A DNA stretch of 64,000 nt from the human T2T-CHM13v2.0 reference genome, Homo sapiens, in assembly GCF_009914755.1 (NCBI RefSeq), contig NC_060940.1; one strand, written 5' to 3'. Below are positions 1 through 18,609 of this stretch, piece by piece. The notes under the pieces were generated by a model. It worked only from the letters and a program-made list of their open reading frames with translations, was not told where the DNA came from and ran no database searches. Made by a program: the position numbers and the translations under genes. Position 1 is the stretch's first letter. Each line of letters starts with the position of its first letter.

Positions 1-1267
1 GAACCCCAGACTGCCCCTGGTGGGGAGGGCAGTGAGGAAGAATGTCCAAGTGTCTGCAGCTTGATCTCAGGAAAGTCTGGACTCTTCCTCCCAGGCTCCT
101 CATGTGGGAAGTGGAGGAGCGGGGTCAGGGGATCCCTACAGTGCCTTCTGCCTCAAGTGGGTTCAGGGGTGAGATTCAGCATAGCCAAATGGCCTCCATC
201 TACAGAACAGAAAACCAAGGCACAGTGAGAGGAAGGCCTTCCCCAGGCTCACCTGCAGAGTCAACGACAGATCCAAGGTCCAGGCCCCTCTGACCAGCAA
301 CTTCTTACTGACACCCACTTTGTGCCCCATCCTGTTAAATGAGCATTCTCAGCCCCATTTTACTGATGGGCAAACTGAGGCTTAGGCAGGTGGCACAAAC
401 TGCCCAAGGTCACACAGCTAAAAAGGGATGGAGCCAGGATTTATACCCCGAAGGGAAGACAAGGAGGGGATTTGAGAATATACTCCTCCTCCTTCTCTTT
501 GTGAGCCAAAACAGAAAGCTTGCTGGGGTCTGTATTTGTGTTGAGGACCAAGGGGAGGGAGAGGCCTTATCTAGAGGCTTGTGGGCTCCCAGGAGCCCTG
601 TCCCTGCTGTTGTGTGTAGAAGTATGCATGTGCTACATGGGACATTTTTCAGGGAAGAAGGTCCTGAGCCTCATGGTGCCCCGTGAAGGCAGAACTAGTA
701 GCTTACCTCATTTCACCCACTGGAAAACTGGAGAGAAGGAGGGGCTGGCCAGGGATGACCAGGGCTCCCTGGGACCAACAGCAGAGGCCAGAGTCTTTCC
801 AAGAACCTCACTAGCCTGGCTTGGTGGCCCCCACCCTCTGGCAGTGAATAGGAGATTCCACAAGTGAACAGACTTCTGCACTGGAGTAAACAAAGGTGAA
901 GGTCGGGGACATCCTTCAGGGAAGGTGTTACAAGGCAGAGAGCCAGGCTGGTACATCCACCTCGGGACATAGAGGGAGGCCTCCACTCTGGGCAGGGTGT
1001 GAAGGGGGCTCCCAGATTCCTCCCCTGCTTCTTGAGCACAGACTGGCCTGCTGTGGGAATTCAGGGGGCAGTTGTTCTCCTCTGGCCCTTCTCTGGGGGT
1101 GCAGGCAGGTGGGCGGGCAGGTGCCACCCCTCCCTGGCACTTTCCTCTGGCACTGTCTGGTCTCTTGGTTCCTTTTACTCCCCAGACCCAACTGGATTGT
1201 ACCCGGTAGGAATTTTCATGCCTACGCTACCCCTTTTCACCCAGTTCCTGCCATTCTCCTCAGAGGT

Positions 1268-1950
1268 TAATTCATTTATTCAACAAACATTTACTAAGTG
1301 CCTTCTATACTCCAGGCACATGTTAGCAGCTGGAGGATACAGCAGTGAACAAGACCAGACAGCAAAATTCCTGCCCTCCAGCTGCTTAAGTTCTAGTGAG
1401 GAAAAGAGACAGTCATAATAGATGTCAGAAGTTGGTACATTATATAATACATGAGAAAGTGATACATCCTACCAGGAAAAAATAGAGCAGGGCATGGGGG
1501 GGGGGGTCAGGAGTGCAGTAGGGCAATCCTGGTTGAGAAGGTGTCATTTTGTCATTTGAACAGAACTTGTAGGGAATGAGCTGTGCTGTGGATATCTAGG
1601 GGAAGGCAGAAGGACTTGCCCCCAGACAGGGGGCTGGCATGTTCAGGGAACAGTGGGGGGACCAGCGTGTTGAGCAGAGGGAGGCAGAATATGGGGGGGA
1701 GATGGGCCAAAGGGTAAATGGAGGGCCATGGTAAGGGCTTTGGAACACAATGAGAGCCAGTAGAGGCTGCTGAGCCTGGGGGTAAGGGAATGCTCCTTGG
1801 CAGCTGTGTTGAGAGGGCTTGGAGGCAGGGACCAGTTAGTAAGTTGCTGTGGTAGCTGAGAGGTGACTGATGATGGCTCAGAGAGGTGGGAGTGAGTGGA
1901 GAGTGACCAGGTTGGGTGCTGAGGTGGCTAAGCACCTTGCTAATGTCTAG
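1268..1950 (-). mobile_element. L2 LINE 3' fragment
   Basis: ttcatttattcaacaaacatttactaagtgcc is the typical L2 3' end on the minus strand. Confidence 0.7.
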
Positions 1951-2010
1951 TGTTGATTCTAGAGTTATTTTATGCAAATACAAATGAGAAACCTGTTCTT
2001 ACTTCTCACT

Positions 2011-2433
<423 letters not shown>

Positions 2434-3070
2434 TGAGGGAGCTAGTGACAACTGCTGTGTTTCACCAAGAAGCAGCCCCTTCCTACGTGGCTGGGAGAGG
2501 TTCAGTGCCACAGCTCTGTGGGGTGGGATGGGGGGTGTTGGGCACTCTCCAGAAATTCCAAACTCACTCACCCTCTAACCTAGCAAGCCTATTTCTAGAC
2601 TTTATCATACGGACTCACCTGCACATGGCAAAATGACTTCTGTACAAGGCTACTCATTGTTTATAGTAATAGCAAAAGGTTAGCCACGACCCAAGTGTCT
2701 GTCATTCAGAGTTTGGTCAAATGAATGGCAGTACATCCATATATGCCTTTCCAGCGCTGGGGGCCTGGGTTCCAGTTCTGCGGCATTTCCTCCGTGCCTG
2801 GCTCCCTATCCTCCTGGAACCTCCCCCAGCCTCGCACTTAATGCTGGACAGGCCTTGGTGCTGTCCACGCCTGTGGTGCTGAAGACACTGGAGCTGGAGA
2901 GAGGCCTGGCGCTGCGAACCAGAGACCAAGAATAGAGAAGGGGAGATAGAGCAGTGGGACGTTCAGGGTTCAGTCCCTGGCTCTGCCACTCAGGAGCTGA
3001 GTGACTTTGGGCAAGTTGCTTAACCCCTTTGATCCTCAGTGTCCTTATCTGTAAAATGGGGCTGCCATGA

Positions 3071-3563
<493 letters not shown>

Positions 3564-3739
3564 AGCCATATGGTGGAACTTCAGGCCCTGAGCACCTCTG
3601 ACCTCTCTCACCTGCTTCACTTTACTTCTCTGTAAGGCAAGGGGACCAGAGCTGAATTCCCTTAGCCTGCAGGACCAAGCCCACTCTCTGCACCTCCATA
3701 TGACCCCTCACCTGCCTCAAGGTTTCTCCCCGCCAGATC

Positions 3740-4375
<636 letters not shown>

Positions 4376-5570
4376 TGATCTTTCTTATATACGTAGTCAG
4401 ATAAACTGTCTTAAAACCAGATTTGACCCAATCCTTGCCTTGCTTACATATTTTCAGTGGATTCTTGAATGGGCATGTGGTGTTTTCTGTTCCACATCAG
4501 TTTCTCTTCCTTACAGTAATGGCCCTCTCTCTGCCCGTGAAGTTTGGAAGGGATGTCTCCACCATGGTTTTGCAGGGAGGGCCTGGCCAATAAGCAGATC
4601 GATCCCATCTGCTAGGTCACTGTGACTTGTTCAGAGATGAACAAGTAACCAAAGGTGACCCACCGAGATCTAGCCCCAGGACTGTTGCTGTAGCCATCAG
4701 GAAAGAGGGACCCTCTCACCCTGGGCTGCAAAGCTGCAGGACACAGCTGTGCCGCTGCTGTGGGCCGGCTTTTCCATCATGGGGGAAGGGGAGAGCCCGC
4801 TTGAGAATAAAGCAATAAAGATATAAGCAGAGAGGAGAGAAAGGTGGAGAGATTTCCGATGACTTTGAGTTCTGGGGCCAAGCATGCCTAAAGCCAATTA
4901 TACTCTTGAACATTTGTTTCATGAATCAATATACTTCCTTTTTGGCTTAATTCAGCTGGTTTGAGTTGAGTTTATGTAACTTGCAAGCTATTCGGGCTCA
5001 GGCACTGTGCGGGGTGTTGGCATGGGGTGCCTATGTTAGAGCAATGCAACAGACAAGTGGGAATGAGCCCACAAATCAGAGAGGCAGATAAAATATGGAC
5101 ACAGATAACCATGAGGCCAGGGCAATGGTCAGGGCTCCAACATTTCCAAGGAGGGCCCTGGCAGTAGGGATCTGGGCGGCTTCCTAAATCAGGAGGTGGC
5201 ACCTGAATAGGCCTTGAAGGGGATTAACAACCCAGCAAGAAACCGAAGAGCTCCTTGAAAGCAAGCCCTGTGCCTTCCTCATCTCACTATTCCCAGCACT
5301 TAGCCAGGGTGTGACAAACGCTGGGTGAATAATTCTCTACGTGTTTGGGAAATTGTAACTTTTTATACTTGGCTTTCCTGAATGTGACCCTGTAGGCACA
5401 TAGCTATTTTCCCAAGGGCCTGTGCAAAGTATCATTAGCCCCATTTTACAGGCACAGAGACTGATGGCCAGAGAGGAACAGTGATTTGCCGAAAGTTACG
5501 TAGGAAGTCAGTGGCAGGGCTGGGCTAGAAGCCAGGGCATCTGCAGGGCAAGGTGCTCTCTCCCTCCAGC

Positions 5571-5603
5571 AGCCCCAGCCCCAGCCCCAGCCCCAGCCCC
5601 AGC
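5571..5603. repeat. (CCCCAG)n, about 5 copies; (GGGGCT)n on the minus strand, G4-capable
   Basis: Seen directly. Confidence 0.9.
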
Positions 5604-5991
5604 ACAGTGCAGTACAGATGGGGGTGGCTGTGAGTAACAGCGGCCGCTGTGAACAGAGAGGCTGGGGGTGCTAGAAGAGGTTGATGATGCCAACGGGGAG
5701 GAGAGTGATGATAAATAGCCGACACTCAGGGAACCCCTGTCATGTACCAAGCGCCTCATGTAAATGAACTCATCTAATCCCCACAATGTCCTATGACACA
5801 GAGACTTATTAACCCCAATACACAGATGTGGAAACTGAGGCACAGAGTGGTCATGTCATTTGTTCAAAATCATCCATCCAATAGGCGGCAGAGCCAAGAT
5901 TCAAATCCAGGCACCATCACTCCAGTGTCCAAAAGCTTAACCACTATGCTTCGCTGTCTCTAAAATGACAGAGTAAAAATTACCATTTATT

Positions 5992-6509
<518 letters not shown>

Positions 6510-6689
6510 TTATTCTCCCACAGAGCAGGATAGGAACAAGCCGTCTTCTCTTTACAGGCTGGTCACTCTCCACCTACTTCTGTAACTGGGTCCTTGTCAC
6601 TTGGTGCCCAGTATTGTCACTGTCCTGGTTAACCTCCTCTGGCCACATTCCAGGGAGGTGGACACGCTGAGGTTCAAATCTAATCTCTC

Positions 6690-7480
<791 letters not shown>

Positions 7481-7509
7481 AGATCTGAGCTCTTCTGCTT
7501 ACTTGCTGC

Positions 7510-7955
7510 ATAACCCTTGAATTGGGGTAGTGCCAGCTGCTGTAACAAACAAGCCCCCATATCCCAGCAGCCAAACATGATCGAAGTTTCCCAGTGGCTC
7601 CCACAACAATGCAGACGGGCAATCCTCCACAGCAGGAGGCTTTCCACACAGTGACCTGGGGACCCAGGTGCTTCTTCTCTTGTGGCTCCACCATCTTCTG
7701 GGGTTTTGGAGTCCTCTGCATCAAACCAGCTGCAGAAGAAGAGAGTGCAGATAAACCTTCCCCGATCCTTTGAAGCCCCAGGCTGACAGCGACACACATA
7801 CCACTTCTGTGCACATTCCAGTGGGGAGCCAGTCACATGGCTGGCCTGGATGCAAGGGAGGCAACGTGGTTCCCTGCTGGATGGCCGCTCTCCAGCCCGA
7901 CTTTGTAGTATAGGAGAGGACACACGCGTTGCTGAGGGACAGGTGGCTGTCTGTG
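7510..7955. mobile_element. Old MaLR LTR (MLT1J-like); a similar element lies at about 31225-31560
   Basis: gctgctgtaacaaacaagcccc start and cacattccagtgg..agtcacatggc motif; subfamily uncertain. Confidence 0.5.
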
Positions 7956-9979
7956 TCATAACTATGGGCGGATCATCCACCTCTTGGGCCTCTTTTGTTG
8001 TCTGTTAAATAGAAGGCATCACTCAGTTGTGGCGATGACTGCACAGCCCTTTACGTTTACTCAAATCATTCAATTGTGCACTCCATGGGAGTTAGGTGGT
8101 ATATAAGTTCTACCTCAATTAAGCTATTTTTTCAAAATAGGAATTCAAGCTGGACGTGGTGGCGCATGCCTGTGGTCCTAGCTACTCGGGAGGCTGAGGC
8201 AAGAGGATCATTTGAGCCTGGGGGTTCAAGACCAGCCTAGGCAAAATGGGGAAACCTTTTATTTTTTAAAAAAATAAAATAATAGGAAGCACCCCCCCTT
8301 CTCAGGGGTTTTGTGAGGACTCAATGAATGAAATTTTTCCAAGTTGGCCACACCATGTAGGTCTGTGTATACACGTGTGTCTGTGTGTGTGCGCATGTGT
8401 GCATGTGTGTCTGTGTGGATGCTTGTGCATCCGTGTGTGTGTTGGTGGGGAGAGCAACAAGGACTCCAAAGTAGGCCTGAGCCAGACGATGAGTTGGGTG
8501 TCGTTTCATAAGGGTGGTGCCAACGCTTGCCGACCGCCAGCAGGAAGTGGTGGGCGGCTCAGTCTTGCTTCTTGCTTGGGAAACCCTCCCCCACCACGGT
8601 GGCCCTCCCAGCTTGTGGCAGAGCCGTGACTACTGCCATGAAGTCGAGGGGGACCCCCACCCACCCTCAGCAACACAGATGGCAGATGGAGGCCTCCCTC
8701 AGGGCCGGTGAGGACACACCCTTGAGGCGTGAGGTGTGTGCGCCCTTCCTCCACCCTCTTGAGTGTGGGTGGATGCGGCGCTGACAGCCCGGCGTGAACA
8801 GAGGTCAGAGAGGCCTCCGCTGCCTGGTGCTGGCAAGTTCACAGCCATCACATCCACAGCTGCTCCTGCAAGTGGAGGCAGGGACGACCAATGACGAAAT
8901 ACTTTGAGGGTCGAGTTCCCACTGAGACTCGGCCCTCTTCTGGGCCTCAGTTTCCCCACCTGGCTGGGGAATCTGGGTGCGATGTTCCCAATATCCTGCC
9001 TTGGGAAAGCACAAGAGTGAAAGGTACCAGCTTTGGAGCCAATACCAATGCTAGCTGTGTGACCTTGGGCAAGTTGCCTGTTTCCTCATCTCAAAAGCCT
9101 GTGCTGCTGCTCACACCTGTAATCCCAGCACTTTGAGAGGCCAAGGCAGGAGGACTACTTGAGGCCAAGAATTGGAGACCAGCCAGGGCAGCATAGTGAG
9201 ACCCTGTCTCTATTTTTTTTTAAGTGGAGCTAACAATAATGCCTACCTTGTATTTGTGAGGATTAAGTGCATTAGTCCTGAGAACGGCCAGGCAGGTGGT
9301 AAGTCCTGTGTGAATGTTGGTTCCATTATTATTGTTACTTGATTTCTTCATGGTAGGGATGGGGAAGCAGAGGCCCAGAGCAGTGGTGTGACTTGCTCAA
9401 GGTCACCCAGCAAAAAAGTGGCGCACATTAGGATCAAGGCCAAGCCTCAAGGCCCATTGCTCCCCCTGTGCCTCCGACGCCACGTGCGCCGGAACTGGGT
9501 CAGAGGCAGCATGTACCTGGCGGATGACGCAGAGGCAGGGATGGGTGCGTGGATTAATTCCTTGTCTCCTGCTGACACCTTGCGGAGAAAAGGCCTGAAG
9601 GGAGAGGGAGGTGTGGAAGGAGAAGAAGGAGGGAGGGGACAGTAGGGGGACTCCCAAAGCTGAGCCCTGGGAACCAGGAAAGGGATGCAGGAGAGGGGTG
9701 AATCCGATCCAGCCCCTGCCCCTGGGGAGCTCTTGGTTTGTTGATGGGCAGACAGGGACACAGCTGAGGTATTCAACAAGGGCCCTGAGAGAGGGACAGG
9801 CAGCCCCTGTGAATCTTGCTGTTCAGCAGAGACAGGAGTCAGCACGTGTGAGGGCAGCAGGGAAGTCTTCCTGGAGGAGTGAGACCTGGCGATGAGGAGG
9901 CACGGCAGGGAGGTGGAACAGGCAGGAGAGACTCTTCAGGAATTGAGGAGATAGAATAGAGGACACTAAAGCCTTAGAG

Positions 9980-10245
9980 AGGCCAGGGGTGGTGGCTTGG
10001 CAGGATCATCGCTTGAGGCTAGGAGTTTAAAAGCAGCCTGGGCAACATAGCGAGACCCCATCTCTAAACACAAAAAATAAAAAATTAGCTGTGCACCATG
10101 ACGCACACCTGCAGTCCTAGCTACTCACAAGAAGGCTGAGATGGGAGGACTGCTTGAGCCCAGGAGTTCAAGGCTACAGTGAGCCATGATCTGCACTCCA
10201 GCCTGGGCAATAGAGCAAGATCCTATTTCTAAAAAAAAAAAAAAG
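9980..10245 (+). mobile_element. AluJ-like
   Basis: Alu arms and poly-A. Confidence 0.85.
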
Positions 10246-11249
10246 AATTAAAGTAAATAAGTGCATTAAATAAAGCCATAGAGAGGCAGCGTGGGGTAGT
10301 GGTCAGAGCATGGGCTGAACCTGACAGTGGGGGGCACACATGGGGCCCAAACTGAGCCCACTGGACTGTGTCCCTGATCCAGCCCAGCCCTTCCCAGGGC
10401 AACTCTGAGGCAGACATGCCAGAGGGCAGAGATAAGCCAAGCATCCTGTCCCTGGGTGTGGGAGGCAGGGAGGGCTTGTAGCCACTGGTGGCCACCAATT
10501 AAGCTCCCAGAGTACACAGAACAGCCTGAGGTGGCCTTGCAGGGCCAAAGCCCAAGGCGGGAGGATTGCACACGTGTGGATGTGTGTGCTGTATGCACGT
10601 GGACCGCCCACCTCAGCAGCCCTTGGGGACTCCACACACGTCAGGAAAAGTAGGTCAGGGGAGCAGCCCAGCGTCTCCCTGGTGGGCGTGGGGAGGAGTT
10701 TGCGGCAAAGAGGGCTGCGTGCTCATCAGAGCCCCTGGGGGACAGCCCCACAGTCCACACAGAAAGGGCCCAAGGACGCGCAGGCCCCGGGGAGGCCTGC
10801 ACAGAAGCAGCCTTGCCTCTCCCTGCTGGTGTTGCCGCGGTCACCTCGGTTTTCTAACTCGGAAGCCTCATCACCCCGTTGGTGGGTGGACATTTCACAG
10901 GGGTTGGAAGAGATTTTTTCCAAGCCTGAGACCAGGGAAAGACGATCACGCGGAGATGTCGCCCCATGTAAGCCCAGCTGGTGGCTGCGGGAAAGAGCCA
11001 GTGCTGTCCAGCCCAGAGCTGGGACTGCGTGGAGACATGGTGGCAAGTGGCATGTCTGCATTTGGATCAGCACACTAGAGTAGAGAGGAAGGGCATGTGG
11101 GACCGGGTTCTCTGGGCCTGGCACTGTTCCTACCTCTGGTGGAGGGGACTGTGGAATGAGCGAGGCCAGGGCACATGTTTAGGTGGAAATGAGCTAGGAA
11201 AGAAAAGACAGTTGCTGGAGAGGAAGTTCCTGTTGGAACAGGGGCAAGG

Positions 11250-12147
11250 AGGCCAAGTACAGTGGCTCAGGCCTGTAATCCCAGCACTTTGGGAGGCCGA
11301 GGCAGGAGGACTGTTTGAGCCCAGGAGTTCAAGACCAGCCTGGGCAACAAGGTGAGACCCCATCTCTACAAAAAATAAAATATGGGCCGGATGCGGTGGC
11401 TCACGCCTATAACCCCAGCACTTTGGGAGGCTGAGGCGGGCAGATCACCTGAGGTCGGGAGTTCGAGACCAGCCTGACCAACATGGAGAAACCCTGTCTC
11501 TACTAAAAATACAAAAATTAGGCATGGTGGCACATGCCTGTAATTGCAGCTACTCCAGAGGCTGAGGCAAAAGAATCGCTTGAACCCAGAAGGCAGAGGT
11601 TGCGGCGAGCCAAGATTGCACCAGGCAACAAGAGGGAAACTCTGTCTCAAAATAAAATAAATAAAATACGAAAAAAAATTATCTGGGCGTGGTGGCACGT
11701 GCCTGTGGCCCCACCTTCTCAGGAGGCTGAGGTGGGAGGATTGCTTGAACCCAGGAGCTGGAGGCTTCAGTGAGCCATGGGGGCACCACTGCACTCCAGC
11801 CTGGGCAACAGAGCGAGACCCTGTTTAAAAAAAATTTAATTTAATTTAAAAAACGACAGGAGGCTGGGTGCGGTGGTTCACACCTGTAATCCCAGCACTT
11901 TGGAGGATTGCTTGAGGTCAGGAATTCAAGACCAGCCTGGGCAACATGGTGAAACCCCATCTCTACAAAAAATACAAAAATTAGCCAGGTGTGGTGGCGT
12001 ACACCTTGTGGTCCCAGCTACTCAGGAGGCTGAGATGGGAAGATTGCCAGAGTCCGGGATACAGAAGTTGCAGTGAACTGAGATCACGCCACTGCACTCC
12101 AGCCTGGGTGACAGAGCGATACCCTGTCTTAAAAAAAAAAAAAAAAA
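11250..12147 (+). mobile_element. Nested Alu cluster (AluS inserted in the linker of an older Alu, plus a following Alu)
   Basis: Left arm 11250-11370, full Alu 11385-11670, right arm 11680-11835, Alu 11862-12147. Confidence 0.85.
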
Positions 12148-12654
12148 CATACTGACAGGGGAGATGAGCTGGTTCATGAATGGAGGGAGGCAGGAGGCTG
12201 GGAAGACAGGGATGGGAGCAGGCTGCAGGGCGGGGAGGGGAGGGTTCCTTCCTCCCCAGCCAGCTGAGAGGACGGTGCAGATGGAGCTCCGTTTGGGGCT
12301 GGGTGGGAGGCCAGGAAGTTCTCTCCTGATGTTCCTCCTCTCCGTGTGAAGTGGGAGGCTGGGTCGTGCCGAGAGTGAAGGGGAAGGCAGAGGAGGAGGA
12401 GAGGCTTGGGGCCTGGAAGGGAGCCGCTGGGCTGCGAGAGGATGCGGGGCTCATGGAGTGCTCACCCCCTCCCAGCCTCCAGCAATGCCCACCCGCCCGC
12501 CCACCCTTGCTCAGCCAGAGAGAAAGCCGGTGATGATGACGAGAACAACACAGCAAGCCTGGGCACCTATGGAGCACTTACTGCATGCCACATGCCAGGG
12601 CTTCACGCCTGTTAACTTACTTAACCCTCGCAAGAACGCATCGGGAGAAGGCAC

Positions 12655-13697
<1,043 letters not shown>

Positions 13698-14011
13698 CTA
13701 CCTCTCTCCATTTACAGATGAGAAATGAATGCCCAGAGTGGTTGCCTGGAAGACCGGGGTTGGGGGGATGGGGTTTTAGAAAGGGGCAAAAGGAAACTTT
13801 GGGGTAATGGATGTGTTCGTGGTCTCGACGGCAGGGATGTATACATATGTCAGAATCATCACACTGTACACTTCAAATATGTGTAGTTTTTTGAACACCA
13901 AATATACCTCAATAAAACTAGAAAAATGACATGAGATAAGGGGAAATAAAGAAATGAAGGCCACGGATGGAGAGTTAGTTCACTGTCACCCACATGACAA
14001 GTCAGGTCTTA

Positions 14012-14593
<582 letters not shown>

Positions 14594-15012
14594 CTAAATA
14601 CAATTTTTGAAAAAGTCAGGTTGGCCAGGCGCAGTGTTCATTAGTCGGGTGGTGAGGTCGTCTGCAGTGGGGGAGGCACTGCCAGGCTGTGCTGATGTGT
14701 GGCCATGTGTATGGTGGGATGGTGTGGCCACATCTATACCATCCTGCCAGTTTGGCCTGAGACCACGTGGCCAAGGTATGTGATGATGCAATCATGGCCC
14801 TCAGACCTCTTCCCCACCCCCTACCTTATGGACAGCCATACCACTTTCGATCGTAATATACAACTGATGTGATCACTGTGTCTACTGCCCTTCTCCCCCT
14901 GGGGTGTAAGCCCCATGGTGGCAGGGAATCCTAGGTGTTTGTTCCATGCTGTGTCCTCCAGGCTTTGGAGAGCCCTGGGGAACAGCAGGTGCTTCGTCAG
15001 TACTTGTGAATA

Positions 15013-15550
<538 letters not shown>

Positions 15551-15921
15551 CCAAATAAAACCAACGCTTCTGAATGGGAGTACCCGTGTGAACTCGGTAT
15601 CTGGCTGTGTCTGTGTGACATAAACAGGGGCCTTGCCTGACACTGTGTGTGGGTGGCAGCATGAGGCAGAGGGGCTGGTGCCACCAAGCGCAGGGTCTGG
15701 CAGTGACTGGTCTTCGGGGAGCTGACTCAGGCCTGGCCCCTGAGGCTTTGGGGAAGGCGACGCGACCAAGATGCTTGTCGCCCCCTTGTGGTTATCTTGG
15801 GCCTGGCATCCGGGCCCATCCTCAAGTTTTCTGGGTTCTGGGGAGGGCAGAGGGGCTGGAGGAGGGGACCCTTGCCTGATGTCACACTTCATGCTCACCA
15901 CCCCTACCCAACAGGGAGAAG

Positions 15922-16147
15922 ATGAGCGTGGGCTGCCCAGAGCCTGAGCCGCCCCGCTCCCTGACCTGCTGTGGGCCGGGGACTGCCCCTGGGCCTGGTG
16001 CCGGTGTGCCCCTTCTCACTGAAGACATGCAGGCCCTGACTCTCCGCACACTGGCCGCCAGCGACGTCACCAAGCACTACGAACTAGTCCGGGAGCTGGG
16101 CAAAGGCACCTATGGGAAGGTTGACCTGGTGGTCTACAAGGGCACAG
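15922..16147 (+). CDS. SBK1: SBK1 first coding exon (MSVGCPEPE...YKGT, kinase Gly-loop GKGTYGKV); exon acceptor at 15913-15914
   Basis: Acceptor ccaacAG|ggagaagATG; donor acaG|GTgaac at 16148; 226 coding nt (phase 1); GxGxxG motif. Confidence 0.96.
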
Positions 16148-17524
16148 GTGAACAAGTGCAGGGTGGCAGGGCTGAGAGGTTGGGGTGGGGCAGGGCTGGG
16201 AGGTCAGGGTTGGGGGACATGACCTTGCAGCTGGGCCGGGGCTCTCTGGTGCTCTGTGGAAGCCAGGAGGCAGGGTCAGGGGCCAGATGTAGAGGATGAG
16301 GCCTGAGGCAGCCCAGGGGGAAAGAGACTGGGCAGATGGGGCAAGGGAGGAATCCGGGGCAGAGTGGCCAGGGTACAGGATGGGCTGCTGTGGGGCCATC
16401 TGGGGTGACTTTGAGACAGCCAAGGGGCTGTGCCAGGAGTGTCTGGGGAGGGCAGGGCTGCCGGCTGTGTCTGAGTATCACCAGCGTCTCAGGGATGTCT
16501 GGCCCCAGGAAGGTGGATGGAGAGTGAGGGTGGTTCCTCAGGAACAGGGTGCCACACTTAATGGGTGGTGGAAGGACCTGTGAGGTCAATATTGCAATCA
16601 CCATCTCTCAGGTGAGGACAGGGAGACCTAGGCCAATTCAGCCACATAGCCAATGCCCTGCAGCTACAGAGGCTGTGAACCAAAACGAGACCCCAGGAGT
16701 CATCTCCAGAGCCTTGTCGCTTAGTCACTGAGCTTGATACCTCCCCCACACTGTAGGTCACAGCCGTGCCACCCAGCCAGCCAGGGGCTGGGGCTGTGTG
16801 AGCTCCCACAGCTGCACGCGCTTGGGTCCAGGGGCTTTGTGCTAACTGAGGGCAGCAGGAGGAGCACCTAACATGGGGTCACCTGAGCTTTGTTACTTGC
16901 TTGCTGTGTGACCTTGAGCAAGTGACTTCACCTCTCTGTGCTTCAGAGTCCTTCTCTGTAAAATAGGGTAACATTAGTGCACAACCCATACAATCATAAT
17001 GAAGTGTGAGTTGTGAATGTGCAGTGCTGAAGGCAGGGCCTGCGATGTGTAAATGCTCCGTGGACACACATGTGTGCTCCACCCAGCTATGTACCAGATG
17101 GGCACAGATGCTTGCCCAGGCACAGAGTTGTGGACACATGCCTTGCAGTGTCTCATTTCTTATTCATTCATCCATTTAGCAAGACAGGAAGCTTAGGGAG
17201 ACCCGTTCTAGATGGGGTAGGCTGACAAGATAAATAAGCATATGGCGGGCAGGACAAAATGAGAGAGGTGGAGGGCATCACAGGCCCCCTCGCCCCCTCC
17301 TCTTGGAGAGCTGCAGAGTGGGTGTAGAAGGCTCAGGTTGACCCTGCCTGCATGGCCTTGGGCAAGTCCTTTCCTCTCTCTGGGTCTGTTCCCATCCGTG
17401 AGATGAGGACAGTCATGCCTGCTGGGGACCCTGTTGCACCAGGGTCCAGAGACAGGCATGGGTGCATCCAGTGCGGAGGCACTGGGAGAGGGGGCTTCAA
17501 CCCTGTTGCTGTTGCTCCCATCAG

Positions 17525-17727
17525 GCACAAAAATGGCACTGAAGTTTGTGAACAAGAGCAAAACCAAGCTGAAGAACTTCCTACGGGAGGTGAGCATCAC
17601 CAACAGCCTCTCCTCCAGCCCCTTCATCATCAAGGTCTTTGACGTGGTCTTTGAGACAGAGGACTGCTACGTCTTTGCCCAGGAGTACGCACCTGCTGGG
17701 GACCTGTTTGACATCATCCCTCCCCAG
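17525..17727 (+). CDS. SBK1: SBK1 second coding exon ([11 protein letters not shown]...DIIPPQ; catalytic Lys, alphaC Glu, hinge)
   Basis: ctcccatcAG|gcacaaaa acceptor and cag|GTactc donor; 203 nt, in frame with both neighbours; ALK and EYAPAGDL kinase motifs. Confidence 0.96.
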
Positions 17728-18609
17728 GTACTCGGGATGGTGGCATAGGGTGGGGAAAGGGTCTTCAGGGTCCCAGAGTGTGAGAGTGGGAGTGGAGTCA
17801 GACCATTTAATTAACAAGTATTTACTGGGTGCCTGCTGTATGTCAGTTACCATTTGGGGAGGTGGGGATGTGCAGTAAGGAAGACAAAAGTCCCTGTTCT
17901 AGTGGGAAACTGACACTCCACAGCGGGCCAGATAATAACAGATGGAGATGAGTGCCTAAAAGGAGACAGTGAGAATGATGGGATGAAGTCACTGGGCCCT
18001 CCCCTGGGGCTACACAAGAGGAGAGGTGTCAGATCCACCTGGGAAGGGGCCCTCAGAGGAAGCGACCCTGGAACCGGGACGGTGGGGGAGGGTTCCAGGC
18101 ACTAGCTTTAAATCTGCTCTGCCACTTGCTGGCTGAGTGATGAGACCTTCGGAGCAGGTCCTCCTTCTTTGCTGAGCACCTACCTACTACATGCCAGAAT
18201 CTGGAGACACAGATGCACGGACACAGCAGGGAACAGGACGGGAAGCTCAGGGAGCCCCGTTCTAGTTGGGGAAGACCGACGAGATAAGTATCTAGCAGGC
18301 AGGGCAAAATGACAGCAGGTGGAGGGCGCCGCGGACCCCCTCATCAACCTCCTGGAGAGCCGCGTGTCCCTCCTGGAGCCCCGATGTCCCCATAGGAGAA
18401 GCAGGCATGGTAGCCACTATGAGGATTGGATGAGACAGCGGGGGAAAGGGCGCTCAGCAGCATCCGGGCCGCGTCTGCGCGGTCGCCCCAGTTACTGGGG
18501 ACAGGGTGGGAGGCGAAAACCGCCTTGCTAGAGAGGGAGCTGGAGGGGAGGGCGGCGGGGCGGGCGCTGGAGAGCTGGAAACAGCGCGGCTTCCCCCGGC
18601 CGCCCGCAG

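Noticed and set aside
12330-12530. Possible alternative SBK1 first exon (GC-rich patch with ATGs and a GT)
   Set aside because: Weak donor (ccg|gtgatg), low CpG density, nothing else supporting it.
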